This document shows, piece by piece, positions 9,498-17,983 of a DNA stretch of 49,668 nt; the first letter of the stretch is position 1, and every line of letters begins with the position of its first letter. The stretch is taken from positions 1-49,668 of the forward strand of contig DYHQ01000003.1 of assembly GCA_020724065.1 (NCBI GenBank). The letters are read 5' to 3'. Origin of the DNA: Candidatus Puniceispirillum sp. (GTDB lineage: Bacteria > Electryoneota > RPQS01 > DYHQ01). Below the pieces are notes generated by a model. It worked only from the letters and a program-made list of their open reading frames with translations. It was not told the origin of the DNA and ran no database searches. A program made the position numbers and the translations under genes.

Positions 9498-10574
9498 ATG
9501 GCTCGCGTTATCTTAGAGCAAGTCACCAAGATTTTTGAAGGGGGCGTGGTCGCCGCGCGAGATATTTCCTTCACCGCCGAGGAGGGCGAATTTGTCGTGC
9601 TCGTGGGGCCGTCGGGCTGCGGCAAATCCACGGTCTTGCGCATGATCGCCGGCCTCGAAACAGTCACCGAAGGCCGCATCTTCATCGGCGAGCGCGTGGT
9701 CAACGATGTTGCGCCCAAAGACCGCGATATTGCGATGGTCTTTCAGAACTATGCGCTCTATCCGCATCTTTCCGTCTATGAGAACATGGCGTTTGGTCTT
9801 CAGATGCGCAAATTCCCCAAAGCGGAAATCGAATCGCGCGTGAATGCCGCAGCCGAAATTTTGGAGCTGAGTGATTTCCTGGAGCGCAAGCCGAAAGCGC
9901 TGTCAGGTGGTCAACGCCAGCGCGTCGCTTTAGGTCGCGCTATCGTGCGTCATCCGCAAGTCTTTCTCTTCGATGAGCCACTCTCGAATCTCGACGCAAA
10001 GCTCCGTGTTCAAATGCGCACGGAACTTGCGAAGCTCCATCATCGCCTCGGCGCGACAATGATCTATGTCACGCACGATCAGGTCGAAGCCATGACCATG
10101 GGAAATCGCATCGTCGTTCTGAAAGATGGCGTCGTACAGCAAGTGGACACACCGATGAATCTCTATCAACATCCGGCGAATCGCTTCGTCGGGGGATTCA
10201 TCGGCTCACCCGCCATGAATTTTTTCACCTGCGATGTTCGCAATCGAATTCTGAAACTCGCTGAAAAGGACATTCCTCTCGTGTCCGAACTTCGGCAGCG
10301 CGTGGAGGAAAGCAAGCAAATCATTCTCGGTATTCGTCCGGAGCATTTCATCGCAGCAAATGAAGCGGCGGCAAGTGTGGTTCGCATTGAGCCGCAGATT
10401 GAAGTGGTCGAGCCGATGGGCAGTGAGATCTATCTGCATTTTAATTTGAATGGCTTGCCGGGCGTCGCTCGGCTGCCCGCGGACACGATCGCTCATCAGG
10501 GAAGATCCTTTGGCCTCGCCTTCGACCTTACTCGCTGCCATTTCTTTGATGCCCAAACCGAGCGCGCGCTATGA
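9498..10574 (+). CDS. Sugar ABC transporter ATP-binding protein (MalK/MsmX/UgpC type)
   Basis: SD AAGGGAGA upstream. Walker A GPSGCGKST, Q-loop, signature LSGGQRQRVALGRAIV, Walker B FLFDEPLSNLDA, H-loop VTHDQ, and a C-terminal regulatory (TOBE-like) domain. Confidence 0.95.
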   Translation: MARVILEQVTKIFEGGVVAARDISFTAEEGEFVVLVGPSGCGKSTVLRMIAGLETVTEGRIFIGERVVNDVAPKDRDIAMVFQNYALYPHLSVYENMAFGLQMRKFPKAEIESRVNAAAEILELSDFLERKPKALSGGQRQRVALGRAIVRHPQVFLFDEPLSNLDAKLRVQMRTELAKLHHRLGATMIYVTHDQVEAMTMGNRIVVLKDGVVQQVDTPMNLYQHPANRFVGGFIGSPAMNFFTCDVRNRILKLAEKDIPLVSELRQRVEESKQIILGIRPEHFIAANEAAASVVRIEPQIEVVEPMGSEIYLHFNLNGLPGVARLPADTIAHQGRSFGLAFDLTRCHFFDAQTERAL

Positions 10575-10632
10575 AGTGGCAACGATAGAAAGAGAATCAG
10601 GCACTGCTTGTTCAATCAGAAGGAAGAAGGGA

Positions 10633-12105
10633 ATGAAAGCTTTGAATCTCGTTTCAATCCTCTTGGCAATCACGCTGCAGTATGCTCTCGCAATGGCACA
10701 ACCTGGTCCGCCAGACAGCCTCTGGAGCCGGACTTATGGGGGTGCTGGCGACGATGTATGCTTTGCCGCTGAGAAGACGATGGGTGGCGGCTATATTCTT
10801 GCAGGAATTACATCTTCTTTTGCAGCTGAACGATGCGATTTATGGCTGGTGAAGATGGATGCCAACGGAAATCCACTTTGGACACGTACCATTGGCGGCA
10901 CCTATAATGAAGCAGCGTTCTCGGTTCAGCAGACGAGCGACACCGGATATGTCGCAGCGGGATACACCACATCTTATGGAGACGGTTATGATTTTTACCT
11001 CGTGAAGACGAACGACTCGGGTGATACGCTGTGGACACGAAACTACTCCGCTTTCGATCTTGGAGTAGCCTATTCGGTTCGGCAGACTACGGATGGAGGA
11101 TACATTATGGGGGGATTTGGCTGTTCAATCTTTGGACAGTTCACTGCACTGTGGGTTGTGAAGACTGATGCTCAAGGTGAGAGGCTCTGGACGAGCTCCC
11201 CCGGATGGCCTGGATATGGTAGCAGTGGCCGTGTCGAGTCCGTTCAGCTAACGAGCGATGGCGAGTATATCCTGGCCGCATGGTTGATCCCAGCTTGGGG
11301 GCGCGACAGCGCATTCCGTCTTGTGAAGATGAGCAGCGGTGGATCCGAGCGATGGACTCGCATCTTTGGAGGCAGCCACATGGACAGGGCAAAAGCAGTT
11401 GAGGAGACGACGGACCGCGGCTTCATTGTGGTGGGATACACCTATGCCTCTGGGGCGGGTGGCGCCGATTTCTTCCTTGTGAAAACGGACATGGCTGGCC
11501 ATCTGCTCTGGTCACGCACCTATGGAGGTGCCAATGATGATCTGGCGTATTCCGTTCATCAAACGATGGATGGGGGGTATATTATGGCGGGAGAGACCAA
11601 TTCTTTCGGTGCGGGAAATCGCGATTTCTATCTTGTGAGGACAGACGGCTCGGGCAACCCACTTTGGACTCGCACTTTGGGAGGATCCCGTGACGAGGAA
11701 GCTCGTTCGGTTCTACAAACAAGCGATGGAGGATATGTTGTTGCCGGATATACTTCTTCTTTCGGCATCGGCGGCAAGGATCTCTGGCTCGTGAAGACGG
11801 GGCCGGAACTGGATGCACAGCCAATAGATATTTCTTTGCCGATGCAATATGCGCTTCATCCAAACTGGCCGAATCCCTTCAATCCGTCCACGCGGATTGC
11901 CTATGACCTTCCAAAGACGGTTTATGTGACATTAACGGTCTTCGACCTCTTGGGACGACAAGTTGAAACGATTGTCAATGACATGCAAACGGCAGGAAAT
12001 CACACGACTATTCTTGACGGCTCACACCTGCCATCGGGAATCTACTTCTGCCGCATGCAAGCGGGGGATTTTGTAGACGCGAAGAAAATGGTGCTGCTGA
12101 AGTAG
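10633..12105 (+). CDS. Secreted seven-bladed beta-propeller repeat protein with a T9SS sorting domain
   Basis: ATG at 10633 follows AGGAAGAAGGG, and the ORF-track start at 10450 overlaps malK. Signal peptide MKALNLVSILLAITLQYALAMA. Seven repeats of about 52 aa: LW.RTYGG..DD.A.SV.QT.DGGY..AG.T.SFG.G..D..LVKTD..G. CTD at 11848-12102 (NWPNPFNPSTRIAYDLP...GIYFCRMQAG...KKMVLLK). Confidence 0.85.
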   Translation: MKALNLVSILLAITLQYALAMAQPGPPDSLWSRTYGGAGDDVCFAAEKTMGGGYILAGITSSFAAERCDLWLVKMDANGNPLWTRTIGGTYNEAAFSVQQTSDTGYVAAGYTTSYGDGYDFYLVKTNDSGDTLWTRNYSAFDLGVAYSVRQTTDGGYIMGGFGCSIFGQFTALWVVKTDAQGERLWTSSPGWPGYGSSGRVESVQLTSDGEYILAAWLIPAWGRDSAFRLVKMSSGGSERWTRIFGGSHMDRAKAVEETTDRGFIVVGYTYASGAGGADFFLVKTDMAGHLLWSRTYGGANDDLAYSVHQTMDGGYIMAGETNSFGAGNRDFYLVRTDGSGNPLWTRTLGGSRDEEARSVLQTSDGGYVVAGYTSSFGIGGKDLWLVKTGPELDAQPIDISLPMQYALHPNWPNPFNPSTRIAYDLPKTVYVTLTVFDLLGRQVETIVNDMQTAGNHTTILDGSHLPSGIYFCRMQAGDFVDAKKMVLLK

Positions 12106-12170
12106 TTGCGGGCGGGTCGGGCGACCGCGTCGGCGAAAAACCACCGCGGCGGCGAATCTCCCGATTCGCC
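12106..12170. repeat. Two GC-rich hairpin elements in the spacer after the propeller gene
   Basis: 12106-12128, ttgcgggcgggtcgggcgacc-gc, is a degenerate copy of the element at 15816-15840 (one substitution and one missing C). 12151-12170, ggcgaatc-tccc-gattcgcc, is a perfect 8-bp stem. Confidence 0.5.
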
Positions 12171-12204
12171 CCAAATCTTGTCGCAGAAATTGTTGAGGCG
12201 CCAG

Positions 12205-14394
12205 ATGATGAAACTTTGTTGCATATTATTTCTTGTGTGCGTGACTTCGGCATTCGCTCAACCGCAAGCAACGGCGAACGGCATTCTCTTTGTCTATGAA
12301 AATGAAACTGCCAAGCGCGTTTGTATCGGTGCCGATTGGAACGGATGGACGCCGGAGAATTTGCCTATGGAAAAGGCCGAAGGCATTTGGCGCGTCGTTG
12401 TCAATCTCAAGCCTGGCGTTTATCACTACAAATTCGTCGTGGATGGCAACTGGTTGCCCGACCCCAAGAATCCCGCGCGTGTGGATGATAACTATGGCGG
12501 ATTCAATTCCGTGTTCACGGTGACCGAAAGCGGCACAGTGAAATTGGAGGGATACAAGACCCAGCCGACGGTCGTGAGCGATGATTACGAGACGCGCGGC
12601 CGAACACTCTATTTGAATATCATTTGGCATCAGCATCAGCCTTCGTATCTGGATCCGGCCAAAGATCAACTTCGAGGCCCATGGGTGCGCACGCATGCCA
12701 CAAAAGATTACTACGATATGGCCGCCATGCTTGCCGAGTTTCCGGATGTGCACTGCACGATTAATCTGACTTCATCGCTTCTTTGGCAACTTCAGACCTA
12801 CTATGTCGAGCGGCTCTCGCCATTTCTCACAACAGGGCCCACAGGGAAAGCGGCGATTGACGCTGACAATTACTTCAAGAAGTGGAGTGCAAAGACGGAT
12901 CCATGGATTGATATTGCATTGACGCCCGCCGAGAAGCTCGATAGCACAGCGCGAGCTCATCTTTTGACGAACAATTGGAACGCATTCGGCATTTCACCCG
13001 TGATGCTCGAGCGCTTTCCACAATATGAAGCGCTGCACGAGAAGCCGCTTGATACATTCACGACAGATGACTTGCGGCAGCTCAAGGGATGGTTCTTCCT
13101 CGCCTATTTCGACCCCGATTTTCTACGCGGTACGGGTGTCAGTCAACGCATCGGCGTGGACCTGTCGGATCTCCTGCGGGAGGAAGATGGCAAGTTCTAC
13201 TTGAATCGGCCGATTTCCGAGATGGACTGCAATCGCCTCGTTGCGGAAGCGGTGAAAGTGTGCCAAGCGATCGTGTCAATCCACCGAGAGCTTATGTATG
13301 ATCCGGAAGCAGGTACAGGACAGATTGAGGTGGTGACGACGCCGTTCTATCATCCGATTCTGCCACTCATCTACGATTCGGATTTGGCGAAAGTGGCGAT
13401 GCCGGATGCGCCAATGCCATCGCGCTATCATTTTCCCCAAGATGCCAATGCGCAGGTCGTGAGGGCGGTGAATTTCTATGAGCAGCTTTTCGGGCAGAAA
13501 TTGCGCGGTATGTGGCCGGGCGAAGGCTCAGTCGCGCGAGAAATTGTTCCCATTTTGTCACACAACAAGATTCAGTGGATTGCGACGGATATAGGCGTCT
13601 TGTCCAAGTCAACGCCGCCCAATCAGCCGCTCTATTATCCCTATTTTGCGGAAGGTGACAGTGCAACAGGTGTGGTCGTTGTCTTTCGCGAGACCGACCT
13701 TTCGGATCGCATCGGTTTCCGCTACCAGCAGTTTGCAGGAGAAGCAGCGGCGGATGATTTCATTCGTGGGTGCCTGCATTATGCGCCGGCCGAAGGCGAA
13801 ACCAACCGGTTGCTGACGGTTATCCTCGACGGTGAAAACGCGTGGGAGTGGTATCAGAAGGACATGGACGGCAAAGAATTTCTGCGCGCCCTCTATCGCA
13901 AGCTCTCGCATCTTCATGAGACGCGACAAATCGTTACGGCGACGCCATCGGAATATCTTCGTGGCAATCCTTCCCGATGGGTTCCATCGCATGCGCCGGA
14001 ATCACTGCCACATCTTACACGCCTGTGGCCGGGCTCGTGGATTCATGCGAATTTCGACACATGGATTGGCGAGGACGAAGAGAATCGCGCCTGGGAGATG
14101 CTGCGGCGAGCGCGGATGGATTTGGCGGTTTATTTCCCCGAAGCGTCGGCTCCGAAGAGCGAGCGGCCGAAATTGGATGAGAAGCGACAGGCCATCTGGG
14201 ACGCCTACGAAGCGATGTATGCTGCCGAAGGCTCGGATTGGTTCTGGTGGTTTGGTGCTGACCAAGAAGTGCCGACAGGGGACCAACCTTTTGACGACGG
14301 ATTTCGGATTCTGCTGCGAACGGTCTATGAGAAAATGCGCCTCGCTGGAGCACCTGTGGAAGTGCCTGAGTTGTCGCCGATTATTAGGAAATAG
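12205..14394 (+). CDS. Secreted GH57-family alpha-glucan-active enzyme (amylase/amylopullulanase type) with an N-terminal CBM48/E-set-like module
   Basis: ATG at 12205 gives the signal peptide MMKLCCILFLVCVTSAFA. N-terminal module GADWNGWTPENLPMEKAEGIWRVVVNLKPGVYHYKFVVDGNWLPDPKNP. All five GH57 regions are present: WHQHQP, GQIEVVTTPFYHPILPL, WPGEGSV, ILDGENAWEW and AEGSDWFWWFG. Confidence 0.93.
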   Translation: MMKLCCILFLVCVTSAFAQPQATANGILFVYENETAKRVCIGADWNGWTPENLPMEKAEGIWRVVVNLKPGVYHYKFVVDGNWLPDPKNPARVDDNYGGFNSVFTVTESGTVKLEGYKTQPTVVSDDYETRGRTLYLNIIWHQHQPSYLDPAKDQLRGPWVRTHATKDYYDMAAMLAEFPDVHCTINLTSSLLWQLQTYYVERLSPFLTTGPTGKAAIDADNYFKKWSAKTDPWIDIALTPAEKLDSTARAHLLTNNWNAFGISPVMLERFPQYEALHEKPLDTFTTDDLRQLKGWFFLAYFDPDFLRGTGVSQRIGVDLSDLLREEDGKFYLNRPISEMDCNRLVAEAVKVCQAIVSIHRELMYDPEAGTGQIEVVTTPFYHPILPLIYDSDLAKVAMPDAPMPSRYHFPQDANAQVVRAVNFYEQLFGQKLRGMWPGEGSVAREIVPILSHNKIQWIATDIGVLSKSTPPNQPLYYPYFAEGDSATGVVVVFRETDLSDRIGFRYQQFAGEAAADDFIRGCLHYAPAEGETNRLLTVILDGENAWEWYQKDMDGKEFLRALYRKLSHLHETRQIVTATPSEYLRGNPSRWVPSHAPESLPHLTRLWPGSWIHANFDTWIGEDEENRAWEMLRRARMDLAVYFPEASAPKSERPKLDEKRQAIWDAYEAMYAAEGSDWFWWFGADQEVPTGDQPFDDGFRILLRTVYEKMRLAGAPVEVPELSPIIRK

Positions 14395-14412
14395 TGAGGA
14401 AAAGAACCTTTG

Positions 14413-15792
14413 ATGCGCAGACATCGCTCACTGGCGTTGTGGCTCGTTCTACTTCTTTGTCCGATTAGCCTCGGAACAAGCAAATCTTCCATAGGAGCAT
14501 CACCCTCTTCACCTGTCGTCAGCACGGTCAAGCATCCCGAGTGGAGTCGGAATCTGAGTATTTATGAAGTGAATCTGCGACAATACACACCGGAAGGGAC
14601 ATTCAAAGCTTTCGAGAGCCATTTGCCTCGACTGAAGGAGATCGGCGTCGGTATTCTTTGGCTGATGCCGATTCATCTCATTGGCGAAAGGAATCGAAAG
14701 GGTGGATTAGGTAGCTATTACTCGGTGAAAGACTATCTTGCTGTGAGTCCCGATTATGGCACCATGGAGGATTTCAAAGCACTCGTCGGGAAGATTCACG
14801 AATCAGGCATGTATGTCATTCTCGATTGGGTAGCCAATCACACGGCGTGGGACAATCCACTGACCATCGAACATCCAGAATGGTATGCACGGGATTCGAG
14901 CGGGAATTTCGTCCCACCCGTCCCGGATTGGAGCGATGTCATTGATTTGAACTATGAGAATCGCGGACTCTGGGAGTACATGATACATGCGATGAAATTC
15001 TGGGTGGAGGAGGCGGATGTTGACGGATTCCGATGCGATGTGGCCGGGATGGTGCCGATGGAATTTTGGAATGAAGCGCGGGCTGAGCTGGAAAAAGTGA
15101 AACCGGTTTTCATGCTGGCCGAAGCGGAGGGGCCTGAGTTTCACGAGCATGCCTTCGATATGACTTATAGCTGGAACTTCTACTATCTCATGCGCGACAT
15201 CGCGGTCGGCAAGAAAAATGCGAGCGACATGGTGGCCTATTTCGACGAGGAGACAGCGCGTTATGCTGCGGATGCCTATCGAATGCGATTCATTACGAAT
15301 CATGACGAGAATTCATGGAATGGGACCGTGTCTGAGTGCTTCGGCGATGCCGCGGAGGTTTGCGCAATTCTGATGGGAACGGTCCCAGGGATGCCGCTTC
15401 TCTATAGCGGACAAGAGGCCGGGCTGAACAAGCGACTCTCCTTTTTTGAGCGAGATCCAATCGAATGGAAAGGATATTTGCACGCTCAATTGTATATGAC
15501 GCTTCTGAATCTCAAAAAAGGATCTCCGGCATTGTGGAATGGAGCAAGTGGCGGCGATCTGTTTCGTGTTCTGACATCAAATGACAGTACCATTTTCTGT
15601 TTTGTAAGGCAAAAAGAGGATGAAAAAGTACTCGTTGTGACAAATTTGTCAGATAAGGAGCAAGATTTCTCTTTGACAGGGGCACATTTTCCTGGTGACT
15701 ATGTGGATGCAGTCACGGGCGAGAAAATTTCATACTCACCCGGTCAACGAGTGGAGTTGAAAGCGTGGGGATATCGAGTTCTTGTGAAGTGA
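14413..15792 (+). CDS. GH13 alpha-amylase, exported (signal peptide or lipoprotein)
   Basis: GAGGA lies 12 nt upstream. N-terminus MRRHRSLALWLVLLLCPISLG. GH13 regions are VILDWVANH, GFRCDVAGMV, FMLAEAE and FITNHDEN. Confidence 0.93.
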   Translation: MRRHRSLALWLVLLLCPISLGTSKSSIGASPSSPVVSTVKHPEWSRNLSIYEVNLRQYTPEGTFKAFESHLPRLKEIGVGILWLMPIHLIGERNRKGGLGSYYSVKDYLAVSPDYGTMEDFKALVGKIHESGMYVILDWVANHTAWDNPLTIEHPEWYARDSSGNFVPPVPDWSDVIDLNYENRGLWEYMIHAMKFWVEEADVDGFRCDVAGMVPMEFWNEARAELEKVKPVFMLAEAEGPEFHEHAFDMTYSWNFYYLMRDIAVGKKNASDMVAYFDEETARYAADAYRMRFITNHDENSWNGTVSECFGDAAEVCAILMGTVPGMPLLYSGQEAGLNKRLSFFERDPIEWKGYLHAQLYMTLLNLKKGSPALWNGASGGDLFRVLTSNDSTIFCFVRQKEDEKVLVVTNLSDKEQDFSLTGAHFPGDYVDAVTGEKISYSPGQRVELKAWGYRVLVK

Positions 15793-17078
15793 TGTCACTC
15801 AATAGCAAACCATCATTGCGGGCGGGTCAGGCGACCCGCCTCCGCGAGAAGGCAAAACATCGGTGGCTGCTATCGGTCTTTTTTCTGCTGGCGACTTGTT
15901 CGTGCGCCAGCCACAAAGGCCCTGTCCGAATGCAGGTGTGGCATCAGATGCAGCCGACGGATCGAGCCGTGCTCGAACGCGCAGTGAAAGTGTGGGACGC
16001 GCAGCATCCGGAAGCAACAGTAACCGTGCTCTATAAAGAAACCGAGGAGTTGCGTACGACCTTTCAAACGGCGGCCTTGGCAGGGCTCGGTCCCGAGCTT
16101 ATCTTCGGGCCTTCGGATCAAGTCGGGCCACTCGCGATAATGCGCTTCATTCAACCGATGGAACCCTTCTTCACTGAGGAGGAGCTTGCCGAGTTCGATT
16201 CGGCTTGCTTGGTCCATTTTCGCGGGCATCTCTTCCAAGTGGCCGACCGAATCGGCAATCATTTGACTCTGATTTACAACAAACGCCTTTTGCCTGAGCC
16301 GCCGAAGGACTCCGATGAGCTGATTCGTGTGGGAAAGGAACTTACAAAGGATTTTGATGGCGACGGTCGAATTGACCAATGGGCGCTCGTTTGGAATTAC
16401 ACCGAGCCTTTCTTTTTCATTCCCTTTCTTGGTGGTTTCGGCGGATGGGTGATGGATGAGGAAGGGAAGCCGACCTTGAACACGCAGGGAGCCGTGGCGG
16501 CGTTTGAGTTTGTCAAATTCCTGCGCGACAGTGCTCGAATCATTCCTCCCGAGAGCGATTACAACGCCGCCGATGTCTTGTTCAAAGAGGGCCGCGCCGC
16601 GATGCTCATCAATGGCCCCTGGTCGTGGGGAGGCTACGCAGAAGCCGGCGTGGATTTTGGGTTGGCGCGCATTCCCAAGATCACGAAGACAGGCCTTTGG
16701 CCGTCTCCCATGGTTTCGCCGGTCGGTTATTCGATAAACGCGAATGCCGAAGGAAAACGGTTGGAACTTGCTGCGGAGCTTCTGAAATATCTTCTCTCTG
16801 CTGAGGTGCAACTGGAGTATGTGAAAGCGAGCAGTGTCATTCCTTCGAGACTTGCGGCGCGGCGAGACTCCAATTTCATAGAGAATCCGTGGATGGCGGG
16901 CGCCGTGGCACAGCTTGAAGTGGGTCGTCCGATGCCGATTGTTCCTGAATTGCGGGCTATCTGGGATGCGATGCGTCCCTCATATCAATTGGTCTTGTCG
17001 GGGGCAATCCCGCCTGCCGAGGCCGCACGCCGCATGCAAGATGAAGCCCTGCGCAAGATCCGGGAGATGAACGAATGA
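15792..17078 (+). CDS. Sugar ABC transporter substrate-binding lipoprotein (MalE-like)
   Basis: The ATG shares one base with the upstream TGA (tgATG). Lipobox FFLLATC. Family-1 solute-binding-protein pattern (AAMLINGPWSWG, IPPAEAARRMQDEA). The stop overlaps the next start (ATGA). Confidence 0.88.
   Translation: MSLNSKPSLRAGQATRLREKAKHRWLLSVFFLLATCSCASHKGPVRMQVWHQMQPTDRAVLERAVKVWDAQHPEATVTVLYKETEELRTTFQTAALAGLGPELIFGPSDQVGPLAIMRFIQPMEPFFTEEELAEFDSACLVHFRGHLFQVADRIGNHLTLIYNKRLLPEPPKDSDELIRVGKELTKDFDGDGRIDQWALVWNYTEPFFFIPFLGGFGGWVMDEEGKPTLNTQGAVAAFEFVKFLRDSARIIPPESDYNAADVLFKEGRAAMLINGPWSWGGYAEAGVDFGLARIPKITKTGLWPSPMVSPVGYSINANAEGKRLELAAELLKYLLSAEVQLEYVKASSVIPSRLAARRDSNFIENPWMAGAVAQLEVGRPMPIVPELRAIWDAMRPSYQLVLSGAIPPAEAARRMQDEALRKIREMNE
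15816..15840. repeat. GC-rich hairpin repeat ttgcg-ggcgggtc-aggc-gacccgcc, located inside the 5' end of the binding-protein gene
   Basis: Perfect 8-bp stem with a 4-nt loop. Near-identical to 12106-12128. Confidence 0.5.
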
Positions 17079-17968
17079 CAAAATATTCTCCCGTCGCACT
17101 TCGGCGATTTGCTTACATCCTTCTCCTACCTGCGGGTTTGGTGGTTGCTGTGGTCGTTGTGTATCCCTTCATCTACAACCTGATTCTGTCGCTTTCCAAT
17201 ATGAGCCTTTTGCATCTTCGTGATTGGCAACTAATCGGGCCAAGACAATACGAGAAGGTCTTCAGTGAACCGGGGCTCTACAGTGTCTTTTTCAAAACCG
17301 TGCTGTGGACGGTTGTCAATGTGACATTCCATGTGGGCATTGGCATCTTTCTCGCGCTGTTATTGCACAACAAATTTCGCGGCCGCGCGATTTTTCGCAC
17401 GCTCTTGATTCTCCCCTGGGCGGTGCCGCCGGTGGTCACCGCGCTCACCTGGCGCGGCATGTTTCATTATGAATATGGAGCGGTGAATCTGATTCTGACC
17501 AAAGCGTTTCATCAAACGCCGATTCAGTGGCTGAACGATCCCATCGGGACTTTCGCCGCATGTATCATCACGAATGTCTGGCTCGGCTTTCCGTTCATGA
17601 TGGTCGTCGCGCTCGGCGCACTGCAGAGCATCCCGAAAGAGCTCTATGAAGCCGCGGATATTGATGGCGCGGGTGCATGGAAAAAGTTGCGAATTATCAC
17701 TCTGCCGCTCATTCGCCCTGTGATGATTCCGGCAATTACTCTGGGTCTCGTGTGGACTTTCAACAAACTCGATATTGTCTGGCTTGTCTCGAATGGCGGC
17801 GAGCCGGCTGATTCGACACATATCTTGGTCTCGTTTGTCTATAAGGCGGCCTTTGTGCTTTATCGTTATGGCTACGCGGCGGCGCTCTCGACGGTGATTT
17901 TTGTGATTCTGCTCATTTTTGGGCTGTTCTTTCTGAAGAAGACGAGAGCGGCCGAGGCGGCCTACTGA
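17075..17968 (+). CDS. Sugar ABC transporter permease (MalF-like)
   Basis: Six predicted TM segments. EAA loop EAADIDGAGAWKKLRIITLPLIRP. ATGA overlap with the upstream gene. Confidence 0.93.
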   Translation: MTKYSPVALRRFAYILLLPAGLVVAVVVVYPFIYNLILSLSNMSLLHLRDWQLIGPRQYEKVFSEPGLYSVFFKTVLWTVVNVTFHVGIGIFLALLLHNKFRGRAIFRTLLILPWAVPPVVTALTWRGMFHYEYGAVNLILTKAFHQTPIQWLNDPIGTFAACIITNVWLGFPFMMVVALGALQSIPKELYEAADIDGAGAWKKLRIITLPLIRPVMIPAITLGLVWTFNKLDIVWLVSNGGEPADSTHILVSFVYKAAFVLYRYGYAAALSTVIFVILLIFGLFFLKKTRAAEAAY

Positions 17969-17983
17969 TAGGAGAGAGACCTC

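Noticed and set aside
10450-10632. N-terminal extensions given by the ORF track (also 263-328, 12106-12204, 30091-30180, 30897-31100 and 32122-32151)
   Set aside because: The extensions overlap upstream genes or run through intergenic hairpin repeats and encode Arg/Ser-rich junk. Internal ATGs are preceded by SD sequences and begin signal peptides or conserved N-termini.
15870-16811. 313-aa antisense ORF within the binding-protein gene. Similar long shadow ORFs occur at 8264-8980, 22121-22888, 24598-25449, 34801-35829 and 37562-38125.
   Set aside because: Each is nested opposite a gene with strong family motifs. None has an SD-linked start or any recognisable domain.
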